A stretch of DNA of 63,010 bases, filler included, from Neolecta irregularis DAH-3 (GCA_001929475.1; 10 parts of 10 records of this genome joined end to end with filler, not necessarily neighbours in it), one strand, 5' to 3'; shown: positions 26,955 through 38,258, counted from the whole stretch's first letter. The notes: generated by a model from the letters alone, not told the origin. Numbers and translations are program-made.

Positions 26955-27668
26955 ATGTCATCAGAATCTCTTGAAACCCATCATCCAGCGCCCTCGTATA
27001 GCTCCCAAAGCATCTACCTATTATCACAAGGAAAATTAGAAACTATTGCTCCGCTCGGCATTCCGCGGAAACGCTCAAAGTTCGTTAACAAGTTGTTCCC
27101 CAAGAAGCGCAGCACATCCGAACAAATCTTGAGCTATTTCAATGATTATAGCCCCGGTCCCTCATCTCCAGTTTCTCGTATCCCAAGTAGAAATACAGAC
27201 TCGATTTATCCCTCGTCTGAATCCCGGCCGCTTACTGAGACTATTCGACCGCCCAAACGTCGTGCTCTTCGTCGAACGGCCAGTGAGGGTTCTTCCGCGG
27301 ATTTGCGAAACGTTTTTCGGAGTATTACGAGTACAATATACAACCTTCCTCTTCAACAATACTCCCAACTTATCGCTTCGTCAAAGGTTTATCGAGAGCT
27401 AAGCTCGACCGTGAGCTCCACTCGCTTTCAAGATTACGCGAAGACTATTATTCTGGATTATACGCCTCGAAAGCTCGAAGGAAATGCGCGAAGGATGTTG
27501 TATGGCAAACGGGGAGAGAGTCGGATCGAGAAGTATTCTCGCTATGCAGCGATTGCAGTGACAGGTTGGATTGCTTTTCGATGTTTTTGGAGTGTTATTT
27601 CCGGTGTCTTTAGTATCCTGAGAATGGTGGAAGTAGGCGTTCGAGTTTTAGGATGGTTTTTATTCTGA
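26955..27668 (+). CDS. Hypothetical protein with hydrophobic C-terminus (possible membrane anchor)
   Basis: 237-codon ATG-initiated ORF, Ser/Pro/Arg-rich, ending in hydrophobic segments. Confidence 0.6.
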   Translation: MSSESLETHHPAPSYSSQSIYLLSQGKLETIAPLGIPRKRSKFVNKLFPKKRSTSEQILSYFNDYSPGPSSPVSRIPSRNTDSIYPSSESRPLTETIRPPKRRALRRTASEGSSADLRNVFRSITSTIYNLPLQQYSQLIASSKVYRELSSTVSSTRFQDYAKTIILDYTPRKLEGNARRMLYGKRGESRIEKYSRYAAIAVTGWIAFRCFWSVISGVFSILRMVEVGVRVLGWFLF

Positions 27669-28251
27669 TTTCAGGGAACTTGTGTAGCACCTGGATCTAA
27701 TAACCAATGCAAAACATTCTTGATAATCAGAGTTGTGTCTTATTCTGTAAAGATTCGATTTATCGCAATGTCAATGAAAACGCCCACTCTGCATTCGGAG
27801 CAGGCCCATTGAAACCAATGTTGTCTGACTATTGATTCTGATTGCGGTACATGTGGTAATAATTCTTGCGATAGAGTTCATCCGATTGCGAGTATCTTTA
27901 GCAAGAGGGCTACTACCTTGATGGTAGGTATATGATACAGTTGGGAAAGATGCTTTAAGAGACCAACCAGGAGCGCATATGCCTAAACTTGTGCTTGCAA
28001 AAGATGATACTATCTGCAGATCATAAAGCTATAATTTTACATTGCCATGTCGGTCAAATTTGAGCATATCGCATAAAGCCTGGAATAGTTGGACATTGTG
28101 TATCCATTTTGTTTCCCTTTAGCCGATCGGACTAGAATCCTTTCATAGGAGTTTTATTACTTCGACAGTGACCCGTCAATAGATCGTCATCTCTGTTTGG
28201 CCGAAAACTAGAGTTTGATAAAAATCCCACTACAACCGATGTGTCACCGAA

Positions 28252-29943
28252 ATGGATCAATGGCAGTATCTCAATCTCTCAGCCTCTGGACGTCCAGATT
28301 TCGAATCCAACGAGCAGATCGTATTCATCCAGTCGAATGTGGGATTGTATAATGGGTACAAGGTAGTCCCTGCTGCTAGTTGACAGACACAGTCGACAAA
28401 AGTCGATGGATTATCAACATGGCTCCGTTTACTTGACTTCGCGTCGGATCTGTTATGTCGACCAAGAAAGACCAGCTACACACTCGCTTTTCATTCCACT
28501 GTTTTCAGTATCACGCTTCGAAACATCGGTAAATCTAGGAGATTCAATGTTGCAGTTAATTGTTCGATAGCCTGGTTTCTTGAAATCGTCTGCCAAGATT
28601 ACGCTCTACCTCGCCGCACCGCATAAATTTATTAAAATACCTCCTTCTTCGAGCTGGGTATGCGAGATCTGTACGTTTGCAAATTTCCAAAGTGCTTCTG
28701 TTTGTGCAAATTGTGGTATTGTCCATTTGTCACAGGAATCAAATTTCGAATCGGAGCTATCTCTGAGGAAGACTACTCCAAATGGATACGTGTGTCCACG
28801 ATGTACTTTTGTCAATCATCCAGCTTTGGTCTTGTGTGAAATCTGCGGGGCCACTCTGATCTTGGCGAATCTCCCGCTTCAATTGAGCTCTCAAGATGTC
28901 ATATCACGTTCAAAGAGTCCGACTCTAAACAATGGGGAGAATGAGCATTATTGCAAACTTAGCTTCCGGGGAGGCGGGGATAAGCCCTTTGCAGAGAAAT
29001 TGAAGATTGTTCTTGCAGAAAGGGAGTGGGAGGTACGTAACCCAATCTGCTTTTTGACCCTCAGATCGAGGTTGCAAATATCGATCTTTTGAAGATTTCG
29101 AATGATCAATTGAGACTCTCTACAAAGCAGGGAGCCGGTATCACTGGTCTTGAGAAAGCTTCAGAGACACAGCTCAATCAGGAAGCCACGGCAATGGGAA
29201 CAGCCTTTTCTGACCTTGAAGCCTTGATGGCAAGAGCGAAGGAAATGGTAAATAGATGTTATTTCCTTTGCTCATCATGTAGGTTCAACTCGCGGAATCG
29301 TTTGCTTCTCGCCTTGCCAACTCGACTGATCCGGAAGCCAGAGCTATTCTTCAAAAGTCACAACAGGCACTCGGTCTGTCGACGCCCATTGTCACCAAGG
29401 AGCTTGTGGGTACACAAGATCTCTATCATGCAGAACTGGCTCGCCAAGTGAGCGAGTTCTTGGGAAATGGGATAATGGAACGGGAGGGAGGGGTCATCGG
29501 CCTGGTGGACCTGTTTGCAATGTATAATAGAGCCCGAGGTGTCGGTATGCCTATTATCGTCTTTGTTCAAATCTTATCAAATAGACTTGATCTCGGCCGA
29601 CGACCTTGTTGCGGCATGCAGTTCATTTGAGAATTTACATCTACCCTATCGCGTGAAACGCTTTCCCAGCGGGGTTACCGTTATTCGGGAACGTAAATGG
29701 GCAGATGAAGTTGTTGTTGAGATGATCAGCAAGTGGGTTAGTGAATTAGTAGATGGCGTTGGTGCTCAGGATGCTGCTGCGAAGTTTGGTTGGAGCGTGC
29801 ATGTTGCGACGGAAGAGTTGGAGGTATGCATTTCGCTTGACGCTTACTCATGCCGGTAGATGGCGGAGATGAGCAGCGTGTTGTGTAGGGATCAGAGTAT
29901 CCAAGGCGTGCGGTTTTTCAAGAATCTGTTTTCTGAGCTGTGA
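28252..29943 (+). CDS. VPS36: ESCRT-II subunit Vps36 (split GLUE with two NZF fingers), multi-exon
   Basis: QSNVGLYNG, YLTSRRICYVD, WVCEICTFAN, CPRCTFVNHP, KLSFRGGG, AFSDLEALMARAKEMV, MYNRARGV, LCRDQSIQG. Confidence 0.92.
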
Positions 29944-30328
29944 GACTAGGGAATCGGAACATAATATTTGAGTTAGCACACTAGACATTCGAGAGGCTGC
30001 AATTCTTCATGTCCGTACTGTCACATTGCTACGTCCATATCACAATGAGCCATAAAAGTATAGCAGCGAGAACAGGTATCCCAAGGAAGGCGGACATTTG
30101 TAGCAACCGCTCACAGTCCATTTTAATGTATAAGACCAAATATCATCCACAAAATGCTGTTCAATAGACCCCTTGATACCCAAATCATCCCAGACAAAGT
30201 ACACTAGCCCCTCAAATCATGATATTACAATGCAGGCGCATATATCCCAACGAATACACAAATAGGTCCCATACAAGAAAGAAAGATTCTAAAGCTTACA
30301 CACAAAGAAGCCTAATAAAAAGTAATGT

Positions 30329-31996
30329 TCAGTTCCTTGTAGCATCTTGATCGCCAGGGAAATACCCACTGCTACTTGTGCTTTGTTCGAATTTAGTTTT
30401 GGCATTGCGTAGTGTAGCATATGGAGCTTTGACGGGTTCAATCGCAGCATGATTATCAAGTTCTTTTTTAATTTTAACACCGCCGGGGATATACCCGCCT
30501 TCTTCTTTTTCCTCTTCGATGGGATTTATTGGGCGATGATTTTCGACATGACCGTGTGGTTCATAGTTGCAGTCGACAATCGGGTGTTGGTTGAGCGGGT
30601 ATGGGAAATACATATATCCCGTAAATTCATCGTTGAGGCTACTGGGAACCGGCGAGACTTCTGTTGGCGATAATGATGGTGTTGGAGAATGAGGTGTTGG
30701 CATCCGCAATGGCGCTGTCAAGCTTGGTGCTGGTGGGATGAAGACGTTTGACGGCGATTGATAGTTAATGTACGAGGACGCTACCGTGGGCACGCCATTT
30801 GGTCCATGATATGCAGCGATAGCAAGAGGTGGTTCGTAGAATTGTGGAAATTTTCGAGCAATATTTGGAGAAGTAGACTGATTTGGAGGGGTAGGAGGAC
30901 TTGCTCGATGAGAAGGAAACGGCAACGTGGGATTCAAATACTCGATTTCCAAATCATTATCATCCCTCTGTCCATTGTCGGCGTAATGACCGGGGCTCCG
31001 ACCTCTAACAACGACAGGCATGCTCCTGCTAACTCCGATTAAAATGGGATCTTGTCCGGCGATGGTGGCGTGCAGCTCTACGCGGATAATAAAGAATTGT
31101 TGCTGAGCTCTGCGTTTGCCGTTATTAGCAGTAGCCGATTTAAACTGTATCCGCTCGAATACGACTTTCTCGTCTGGGCCGATTGTGACAAAAGCGGGGG
31201 CCATTTGGGGACCCTTGTCTCTCTTTGGTGTGTGCTGAACCAGAACGATGGCATTGTTGGGATCGGATGCAATGTGCGATGATATGGTGGTCTGGAAAGA
31301 TTGGATGGGGACTTTGTTTGACATGCAAAGATTGGACACAAGGTTGACCTGGATGTGGGTCTGAAAATAGTTTCTGCGGTAGCACGTCCATTTTCCATCT
31401 GCGACGAAGAATCCCCGATCGACGCTGGCAAAGATGGAGGGGGTATATTGTTCTGATCCGAGGTAGACGGGGCGAATTGTTTCTGTGCCTGAGAAGGGCA
31501 GGGTGATTTCGTCTGGGGCGGGCTTTGAGAATGCTGATCTGTGGTAGGGTTTGAGCAGGCGCGGGGGGCTGTGAGGGTCAGCGCGGGGCGAGTATGGCTG
31601 GATGTACGGGGCGTGGTGGGATGCGGGGCGGTGCAGCGGATAGAAGGTGTGCTGGGGCTTGAACGCAAAGTGCGAGTCTGAATTGGAAGCATAGGGCTCT
31701 GTATTCGAAGGATAGGGCTGTGTACTCGAAGCATAGGGCGAGTCTCTAGTGGCAGTATAGTGCGAGTCTCTATTCGAAGCATAGGGCTGTGTATTGGCAG
31801 CGTAGTGCGAGTCTCTATTCGCATAGGGCTCTCTATTCGCATAGGTCTCTCTATCGGCATAGGGCTCTCTATTCGCATAGGTCTCTCTATCCGCATAGGG
31901 CGCCGAGTCGGCCTGCGGCAGACTGGAGGCAGCAAGCAGCAGGTGCTGGCGGCTGTGCGAGTCGTACGGCGCAGCGTAGCCCGTCTGGCGTTGCAT
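30329..31996 (-). CDS. NDT80/PhoG-family transcription factor (start codon uncertain)
   Basis: VDRGFF..WTCYRRNYF, LVQHTPKRDKGPQ, FERIQFKSATANNGKRRAQQQFF, VVVRGRSPGHY; one uninterrupted ORF. Confidence 0.92.
   Translation of the reverse strand: MQRQTGYAAPYDSHSRQHLLLAASSLPQADSAPYADRETYANREPYADRETYANREPYANRDSHYAANTQPYASNRDSHYTATRDSPYASSTQPYPSNTEPYASNSDSHFAFKPQHTFYPLHRPASHHAPYIQPYSPRADPHSPPRLLKPYHRSAFSKPAPDEITLPFSGTETIRPVYLGSEQYTPSIFASVDRGFFVADGKWTCYRRNYFQTHIQVNLVSNLCMSNKVPIQSFQTTISSHIASDPNNAIVLVQHTPKRDKGPQMAPAFVTIGPDEKVVFERIQFKSATANNGKRRAQQQFFIIRVELHATIAGQDPILIGVSRSMPVVVRGRSPGHYADNGQRDDNDLEIEYLNPTLPFPSHRASPPTPPNQSTSPNIARKFPQFYEPPLAIAAYHGPNGVPTVASSYINYQSPSNVFIPPAPSLTAPLRMPTPHSPTPSLSPTEVSPVPSSLNDEFTGYMYFPYPLNQHPIVDCNYEPHGHVENHRPINPIEEEKEEGGYIPGGVKIKKELDNHAAIEPVKAPYATLRNAKTKFEQSTSSSGYFPGDQDATRN
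31670..31900 (-). repeat. Coding tandem repeats (18-21 bp) in the NDT80-like N-terminus
   Basis: Encodes PYADRETYANRE PYADRETYANRE PYANRDSHY..PYASNRDSHY..PYAS units. Confidence 0.85.
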
Positions 31997-32759
31997 GGCC
32001 AAGGTCTTGCGGGGGAGGGACGACGACAGCCGACTGTTATATGGAGGCGCGACGGCGGCCGGCCATTTGACGCGAAGCACGCTAATCCAGGATCTGCCGC
32101 CCGAGTGTGTTTGCTTGCAAGCGCAGTGTCGTCACTGGCGCATCCTGTGTTTGTAGCCGCGCGGGATCCGCAGCAGCGGTGCGCGCCCGCCGCGGCCACC
32201 GCTCCGCCGGCGATGGCCGCCCTCGAGACGGCGGGNNNNNNNNNNNNNNNNNNNNNNNNNNNNNNNNNNNNNNNNNNNNTTAATTAATTAANNNNNNNNN
32301 NNNNNNNNNNNNNNNNNNNNNNNNNNNNNNNNNNNATATACAAGGACATCCTCCATCTCATGCACAAACTTGAGAAATAGCAGCTTGAATTGTTACTATA
32401 ATAATAAATGCAATTTATACATGCTTTTTAACATGTTCCTGGTTCATCTCCTCCACCAGATTATGTAAGAGGCTAATTAGGATTCAAATAGCCAAACTGA
32501 ATCAAATCAAACCAAATCAAACCAAATGAGACCCCTCCTAATCAAACCAAATCAAACAGAAGGTCAAATTTGGTTTGATTTGATTTGTTAGGAACACTGT
32601 TTGAAATATTAGATGTTCCTATTGTCTGAAGTTCTGGCAACATCAAGAAACTCAATATGTTAAGAATGGTAACATCATAGATGATCCATTCTGGAAAGTT
32701 ATTGTCCTGCAAGTTTGGGGTTTGCAATCGCGAATCACTTTGAAAACATGGATGGTTTG

Positions 32760-32972
32760 TGTAAGTGTTGGAGCTCAAGTACAACAAGATCAGGTTATAT
32801 TTCCTTAATCTAAGCTTGTAGGCGTGTGAGCTTAGGCTAAGATATGTGAGCGTAGCCCTTAATAAGGGCTACGCTCAATATACATTTCTATCTAATGTCC
32901 CTTATTTCTTTATCCCGCCACTTACACTATTGGTATGGGTATACCCAGGTAATATCCGGGTATACCTTTACA
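32760..32972 (-). mobile_element. Solo LTR (213 bp) with 5-bp target-site duplication GTTTG
   Basis: On + strand: GTTTG|TGTAAG...CTTTACA|GTTTG; shares GATCTTGTTGTACT and the GGTATACCC hairpin with the other copies. Confidence 0.82.
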
Positions 32973-33616
32973 GTTTGTGCCTAGTACATGAATAGAACAT
33001 ACACCTAACAGGAGATAAGGAACTTATTGTAGAGAAATGCGAAAAGAAAGGATTGCAAAGAAGAAGGCTCTGGGCGATTGGTGTGACAAGATACAAGAGT
33101 TACACTAAGGCTCACTATCGTGATATCAAACTTGTATGTACAAGATATGGATAGAAATCAGCTCGTGAAGTCACTATGAAGCAACATTCCCGAAAACTCA
33201 AATGAAGCCATAACTGCATGGGGAATGCCGCGTATGTGAACAATAGTATCATATAATAAGGACGCTTTGACCCGGGATATGAAATAGCTACAAGACATTA
33301 AGACTTAAATAACCGGAACTGGAAAGGGTGAGGTAAACGCACAAGATTCTTCTCCGAGCGAGTATGCCGTCAAAATATCGGATTCGTTCAGTGGTACATG
33401 ACCAATAGCCCTAGATAGATTGATGCTCGTATAATAACTTGATTGAAGGGACTTTTAGTAAAAGTTCATTTAGGAAACAACGAAGATTCAGAGATTTCTC
33501 TATAACATTTACAAACTCCATAGACGAAGAAAACCTGTATGAGTAAGGCACTGCACTAAAACGAGAACAAGAACCAGATGCTGGCAACTGACGGTGATAC
33601 ATTCCACTGTAACACA

Positions 33617-34943
33617 CTATGCGTTCACTTTTTCGAAACAAGCAAACACCAATTCGTACTCATCCAACTCGTAAACAATTTTCTCAACTCGTTTATATCC
33701 ATAAACGGTTCCGATTCGGTGATTTTCACGATTAAGAGCAGCATTCTTTCGGAGACTGTTGAAATGTGTTACACAAAATCGACCGGGTCCAAAGATATTG
33801 GTCACTCTCTCGACAATGTTTTTCGGTCCGTCAGGCACGTTAGTCTCAAAACTGGCATAAGAGCAATGTTGTTCTGGAGTAACGTGGACAGTGAAATAAT
33901 GACCTTGATTTTTTGGTTCGCCCGGAAGGGGCGGAAGAACTCCGTTGGCCGAAAATCCACACGGATCGAACAAATATGAATCGACGCGAAAGTCCGGAAA
34001 GATTTCTTGAGGAAAGATGCTACTTAAGCCACATCTGTCAGACACTAGGGATCCTAGATCATGCCCTTTGCTGGAATCCTCGGCCTCAAGGTCACGTACC
34101 AAGTCTCCTGCAAAGAATTGCTGAGCATGTAAGGGAGATAAGTCGGTCATAAGAATCTCGAGAGTCTCGTCTTCGAGTGTTCGGGGATTTGCGGAAAAAG
34201 AAAAGATACTATCCGGCGTAGATGGGGGTACCTGAAAGGGAGAAGTGAGATAGAGATACCAATGGTCTCCGTTGAGTTTTCCAACTAGATATTCATTGCC
34301 GTAATCTGCCCATGAGTAAGGGAACACATGCGAAGGAGGAAAAACCAAAGAAAGAGTCCAAGCATTCAACCTCATCTCTCCAACTTTTATGAGGGTGGAG
34401 TTGTTTATCGGGAAACATGAAGTTCTTTCGACTATAGAAAATTCGGTATGGTTGCTTTATGTCTTGAAAGCCGGCAGAGTGAGCAATTTCAAGTAGTCTA
34501 GCGAGACCAATGAGCAATGTAGTAGTTCCGCAAGTTTTGAGAATAATCTTGTGCGGAAAGACAAACATGGAGGATTCACTTTCAACAAATTAGTAAAAGT
34601 AGTGGTGAAGACAAACCTAAGAAGATACGCGTCTACTTCTTGACTTTCAATAATACTCAGTACTTTGCAATGAATAAGGTCAAGCATTTCCTCCCACAGT
34701 GCCCGTGAGATGGATTTGAGGCCGTTCGTAAGGCATCGTATGGGGAGATTCGTATTTGAGGGAGCGAACCAGATTTCCAAAAGTTTCTCTGGTCCTTCAA
34801 ATGCGCCAAAACTACGGATAATAAGCAGATGGTTATCTAGATAAGGGATACCTGTCTAGGTTATCAGTTTCTACGTAATTAATTGTTCGAATGGTTGTGT
34901 CAAGAGGTTTAGAAGAGTTGAAAGATATAGCTCGCAGGCTCAT
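33617..34943 (-). CDS. SPE2: S-adenosylmethionine decarboxylase proenzyme, multi-exon
   Basis: [25 protein letters not shown] (self-cleavage site), [39 protein letters not shown]. Confidence 0.95.
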
Positions 34944-35042
34944 TGCGACTGAAGTATTCTCGAGATGTAAAAAAATGAAGTTATAGGTTCGACTACAGGA
35001 GATGGGGATGTTATCGTGGCCTGTGTTGAGTTAAAAACGTTT

Positions 35043-35102
35043 TCACAAGCGTTCGTGCTTATTGGGTTTAACAAAGAATCTCAAAATGGCCTTCCGGTCC
35101 AT
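35043..35102 (-). promoter_or_regulatory. Candidate uORF (MDRKAILRFFVKPNKHERL*) in the SPE2 leader
   Basis: The only ATG between the TATA-like CTATAAAT (~35199-35206, minus) and the SPE2 start; stops 99 nt before the main ATG. Confidence 0.6.
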
Positions 35103-35155
35103 GAAACAATCTAAGTGAACAACGTATGTCACTAGATGAGCACCGTAGCCGCTCA
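35086..35155 (-). promoter_or_regulatory. Three tandem RNA hairpins in the SPE2 5' leader
   Basis: UGAGC-G-GC(UACG)GU-GCUCA; AUCUA-GUGA-CA..UG-U-UCAC-U-UAGAU; AUGG-A-CC(GGAA)GG-CCAU containing the uORF AUG. Confidence 0.55.
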
Positions 35156-35319
35156 AAAATGCTAGGACAAGGAAAGGGATGGGGTGAGGTCGGAGTGAAT
35201 TTATAGGTTCAACGGAATGTGTGTGAGCAGGTCACCGCAAGTCTAATTTAGCCCAATAAATAAACTTTGTCTACACGTTCTAGATAGAAGGACAATATAA
35301 CGACATTACGGGAAAAAAT

Positions 35320-35612
35320 AGAATGCTTCCTATCTCTACGGGCCAGCTCGATCTACTTCCGTCTCCTAGGTAAAATTATCGACATGAAACTAGGATATTG
35401 TGTCGACGCTACCAAGTCCCACCGCCCCCACACGACAGTAAAGGCCGGATCAGGCCTATGGGAAGCATTTGACGGATGGCACTCTCCCAATCAGGGGAGC
35501 GGCCTTGATGAGGACAATAGTCCTAATCCGGGAAAGACGGAATAGATGGGAATTGTGAGACGCGCCGGATGAGTATTTAGGTAGAGCCTGGCGTGACATC
35601 GCACCAGGCTTA
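35320..35612. ncRNA. Unidentified structured non-coding segment
   Basis: Multiple long complementary helices including crossing (pseudoknotted) pairs; no ORF in the track; see findings. Confidence 0.4.
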
Positions 35613-36246
35613 ATTCTGTATATCTATCTATACGAGTTGTTATTATCACATACGAGTGCTTGGCAGATATATCATATTAAGGCTCCCCCAAGTATTAAGG
35701 ACCGCCAGCTTGATACTCACAGATATATTCAAAATATTTAACATTGAAAACAGCATATGTAGTAGGACATTTGCAATCTGAATTGAGCTTCTTGATGAAA
35801 TAGAGGTCAACTCAGTGTTGTTTCTGATATAAAAATGGGATAAAGATTTGAAAGAGGCAAATAAATTAATAAATGATGGTACGAAGAATCGTATAAACAA
35901 GCGGCACTGGATCAGCTTGCCAAATTGGATTTGAATCCGTCTCGGCGACTTGCTTGTAAGCTACAATTTCAACCGTTATAATGACTGAATCATTCTCTAC
36001 CGTTCGCAAAGATTTTCAAATTATGGAATGGTTTTGGGATAGCCGACCATTAGAAATCTGGGAATAATTAGATCAAGTGGGCGTTCAGGTTCTAAGACAA
36101 CAAAAGATAAATATATGTGAAGGAAAACTGGAAAGAAAATCGAAACTGGATTTCCAAAAGGACTCCGGACAACCAGCTCGGACGTCATGAGACCAAGCTG
36201 GTTGAAATACCACAACATCCCAGAAATACAAGAATCCATACCAACG

Positions 36247-36929
36247 ATGTCTGCGACCACAAATTCCATAAGAGTTGTTTCGTCAGATGGGGAAAGCCAA
36301 AACTATACAAGGAAACCAAAGTCAATACTCAAGAATCCGTCAGAAAGAAAAGGACCAAGTGTTATTAACCCCGCCATTGTCTCACAAAACACTCATCTGA
36401 ATGCACATTCGACACATCTTCAGCCAGCCATCAGGTCATCTCATGAAATAGAGATCTCGCCTCGTCTAAAATGGGATGAAGCAAATTTATATTTGACAGA
36501 ACAAGACCGCACGGCGACAATGAAAATTATGGAACCTAAAACGCCATACGCAGGTCGTTATGATCCTTCTCAAGACCCAGATGATGATGATGAAAGCATG
36601 GTTGAAGGAATCCCCAGCTTGAGCTTAGGAGAACCGGAAGAAAGCATCCCTGCTCATCAAAGGGAAAGTAGTCCCAAACAAGTCGTCGTCACACCAGCAG
36701 AACCTGACAAAGAAGAAGAGGAGGAGGAGGAAGGTTTGAGTCAAAGTGGCGAGTTGCTACTGATCCTTTAGATCAAGAGCGACATAAACATTTTGCAGAA
36801 ATGAGAAAGAAACACTATGAAATGAAGAATGCACTTAAATTGAGGCACCAGTTGGAGACCCAAGAGGATGACGAGGATATGAAGGAAGTGTTACCATCCA
36901 ATATTCCCCAGGAGTTGTCACAAACATAG
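36247..36929 (+). CDS. GLC8: Protein phosphatase 1 inhibitor-2 (Glc8/IPP-2 family), 2 exons
   Basis: KPKSILKN (SILK), [19 protein letters not shown], second exon [13 protein letters not shown]. Confidence 0.88.
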
Positions 36930-37359
36930 CAGAGATTCCAGAGAGGAAATCCAATTGTGAGAAGCGAAATGGCTCATTCTGATGAGCATTTTCCAATGCC
37001 ATAGTTTTATTATTTGTGACATTGTACCTGATATGTAATATTCCGAAATGGATAAGCAACCTGATTTTGCGTATTTAAATGGAAATATTTATCAGCTAAA
37101 TACTTTCACTATTATATGAATTCTATTATGTTTACAATGAAAGCAGACGTGGGGAGTGTTGCATTTCTGGAAGAATCGACAGAACCGGAAAGATGTCTCT
37201 GGGCTACTAGATGGATGCTCGTTTCTTGCCAACAAAAGATTTAAAAAATGTACTATAAGATTAATTTGAAAAAACAATCTGACAAAAATTGCCATCATTC
37301 TCGAATTCCATACATAAAGCCCAATCTATCAAGAATGCCACACATCAAGAATACCCATC

Positions 37360-37476
37360 TTATGCAAGAACCATCATGGTACCAACTGCAACCAAGAGTG
37401 TGGACATAAAATCAAGGATGTTCGACACAGCAGCACCGGTGAAGATTGCACTCCCATTTTTGGTAGAAGCAGAGCT
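37360..37476 (-). CDS. C-terminal fragment of a probable GPI-anchored or cell-surface protein (5' part lost in gap)
   Basis: Reads SSASTKNGSAIFTGAAVSNILDFMSTLLVAVGTMMVLA*: small residues then a hydrophobic tail. Confidence 0.5.
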   Translation of the reverse strand, partial: SSASTKNGSAIFTGAAVSNILDFMSTLLVAVGTMMVLA

Positions 37477-37577
37477 ANNNNNNNNNNNNNNNNNNNNNNN
37501 NNNNNNNNNNNNNNNNNNNNNTTAATTAATTAANNNNNNNNNNNNNNNNNNNNNNNNNNNNNNNNNNNNNNNNNNNN

Positions 37578-37896
37578 GGGCCGCCTAGCGCCTGAGCAGC
37601 CGCGGTGATAGCCTGCTGCCGTTCTTTTTCCCTGCGCTTCTGTGCGCGGGCGCCGGTGCCGTATACTGCGCGGGCCTTTTTCTGGGCTGCTGCGGGGAGG
37701 TAAGCAGGGCAGGGAGCCGCAGGGGCGCACCTCGCTGGTCGGCGGTGTGGGAGGAGGAGGGCGCGGGCGAGGCGGCCTGGGGCGGCGATGAGGGCGTGGA
37801 GGAGGGTTTATGCGGGGGGCGGGCGGCAGCGTGCTGGAGACGGGAGGGATCCAGCCTGAGGGTGATCTTGAGCGAGGGGGTGGGCGTGTGCGGCAT
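37578..37896 (-). CDS. N-terminal fragment, possibly INO80 subunit Ies4-like (3' part lost in gap)
   Basis: MPHTPTPSLKITLRLDPSRL, a GT..CAG intron, then AQKKARAVYGTGARAQKRREKERQQAITAAAQALGGP; the diagnostic Ies4 C-terminal motif would lie in the gap. Confidence 0.35.
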
Positions 37897-38258
37897 GGCG
37901 AGGTGGCGACCAGGAGCGGGCGGCTGTCTGTAGCACCTCTGCCATGGCGGTTGCTTGCAGTCGCGGTGGTGGGACTCGAGACAAGCTCCGCGAGCGCCTG
38001 CCCGCCGTCCGTCCGCCACCGCCATCTGCATCCAGCCCGTGTGCTTCCGCGCAGAATACACGGGCTGTATGCACAGTGCTGCGGCTGTGTATGCTGCACT
38101 GGAGCTGGAGCCGCACAGGCGGCATATACGCCGCATACACCGGGCATACATGCGCGGCAGGCCCAATATTCATTAGCTGCCCAGCCCCGTATCTGTGTAT
38201 TAGTCGTAGCAGTGCCGTTGTCGTGCAGTTGTGGCCCTGGCGCTGCGTCGGCTCGTCG

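Noticed and set aside
31078-32287. Long overlapping ORFs in GC-rich islands (also 37530-38457, 39499-40161, 42943-43857)
   Set aside because: Shadow ORFs caused by stop-codon scarcity in high-GC DNA opposite or out of frame with real genes.
35504-35527. Hammerhead-like TTGATGA-GGAC-AATA-GTCC
   Set aside because: Lacks the invariant CUGAUGA and GAAA core nucleotides.
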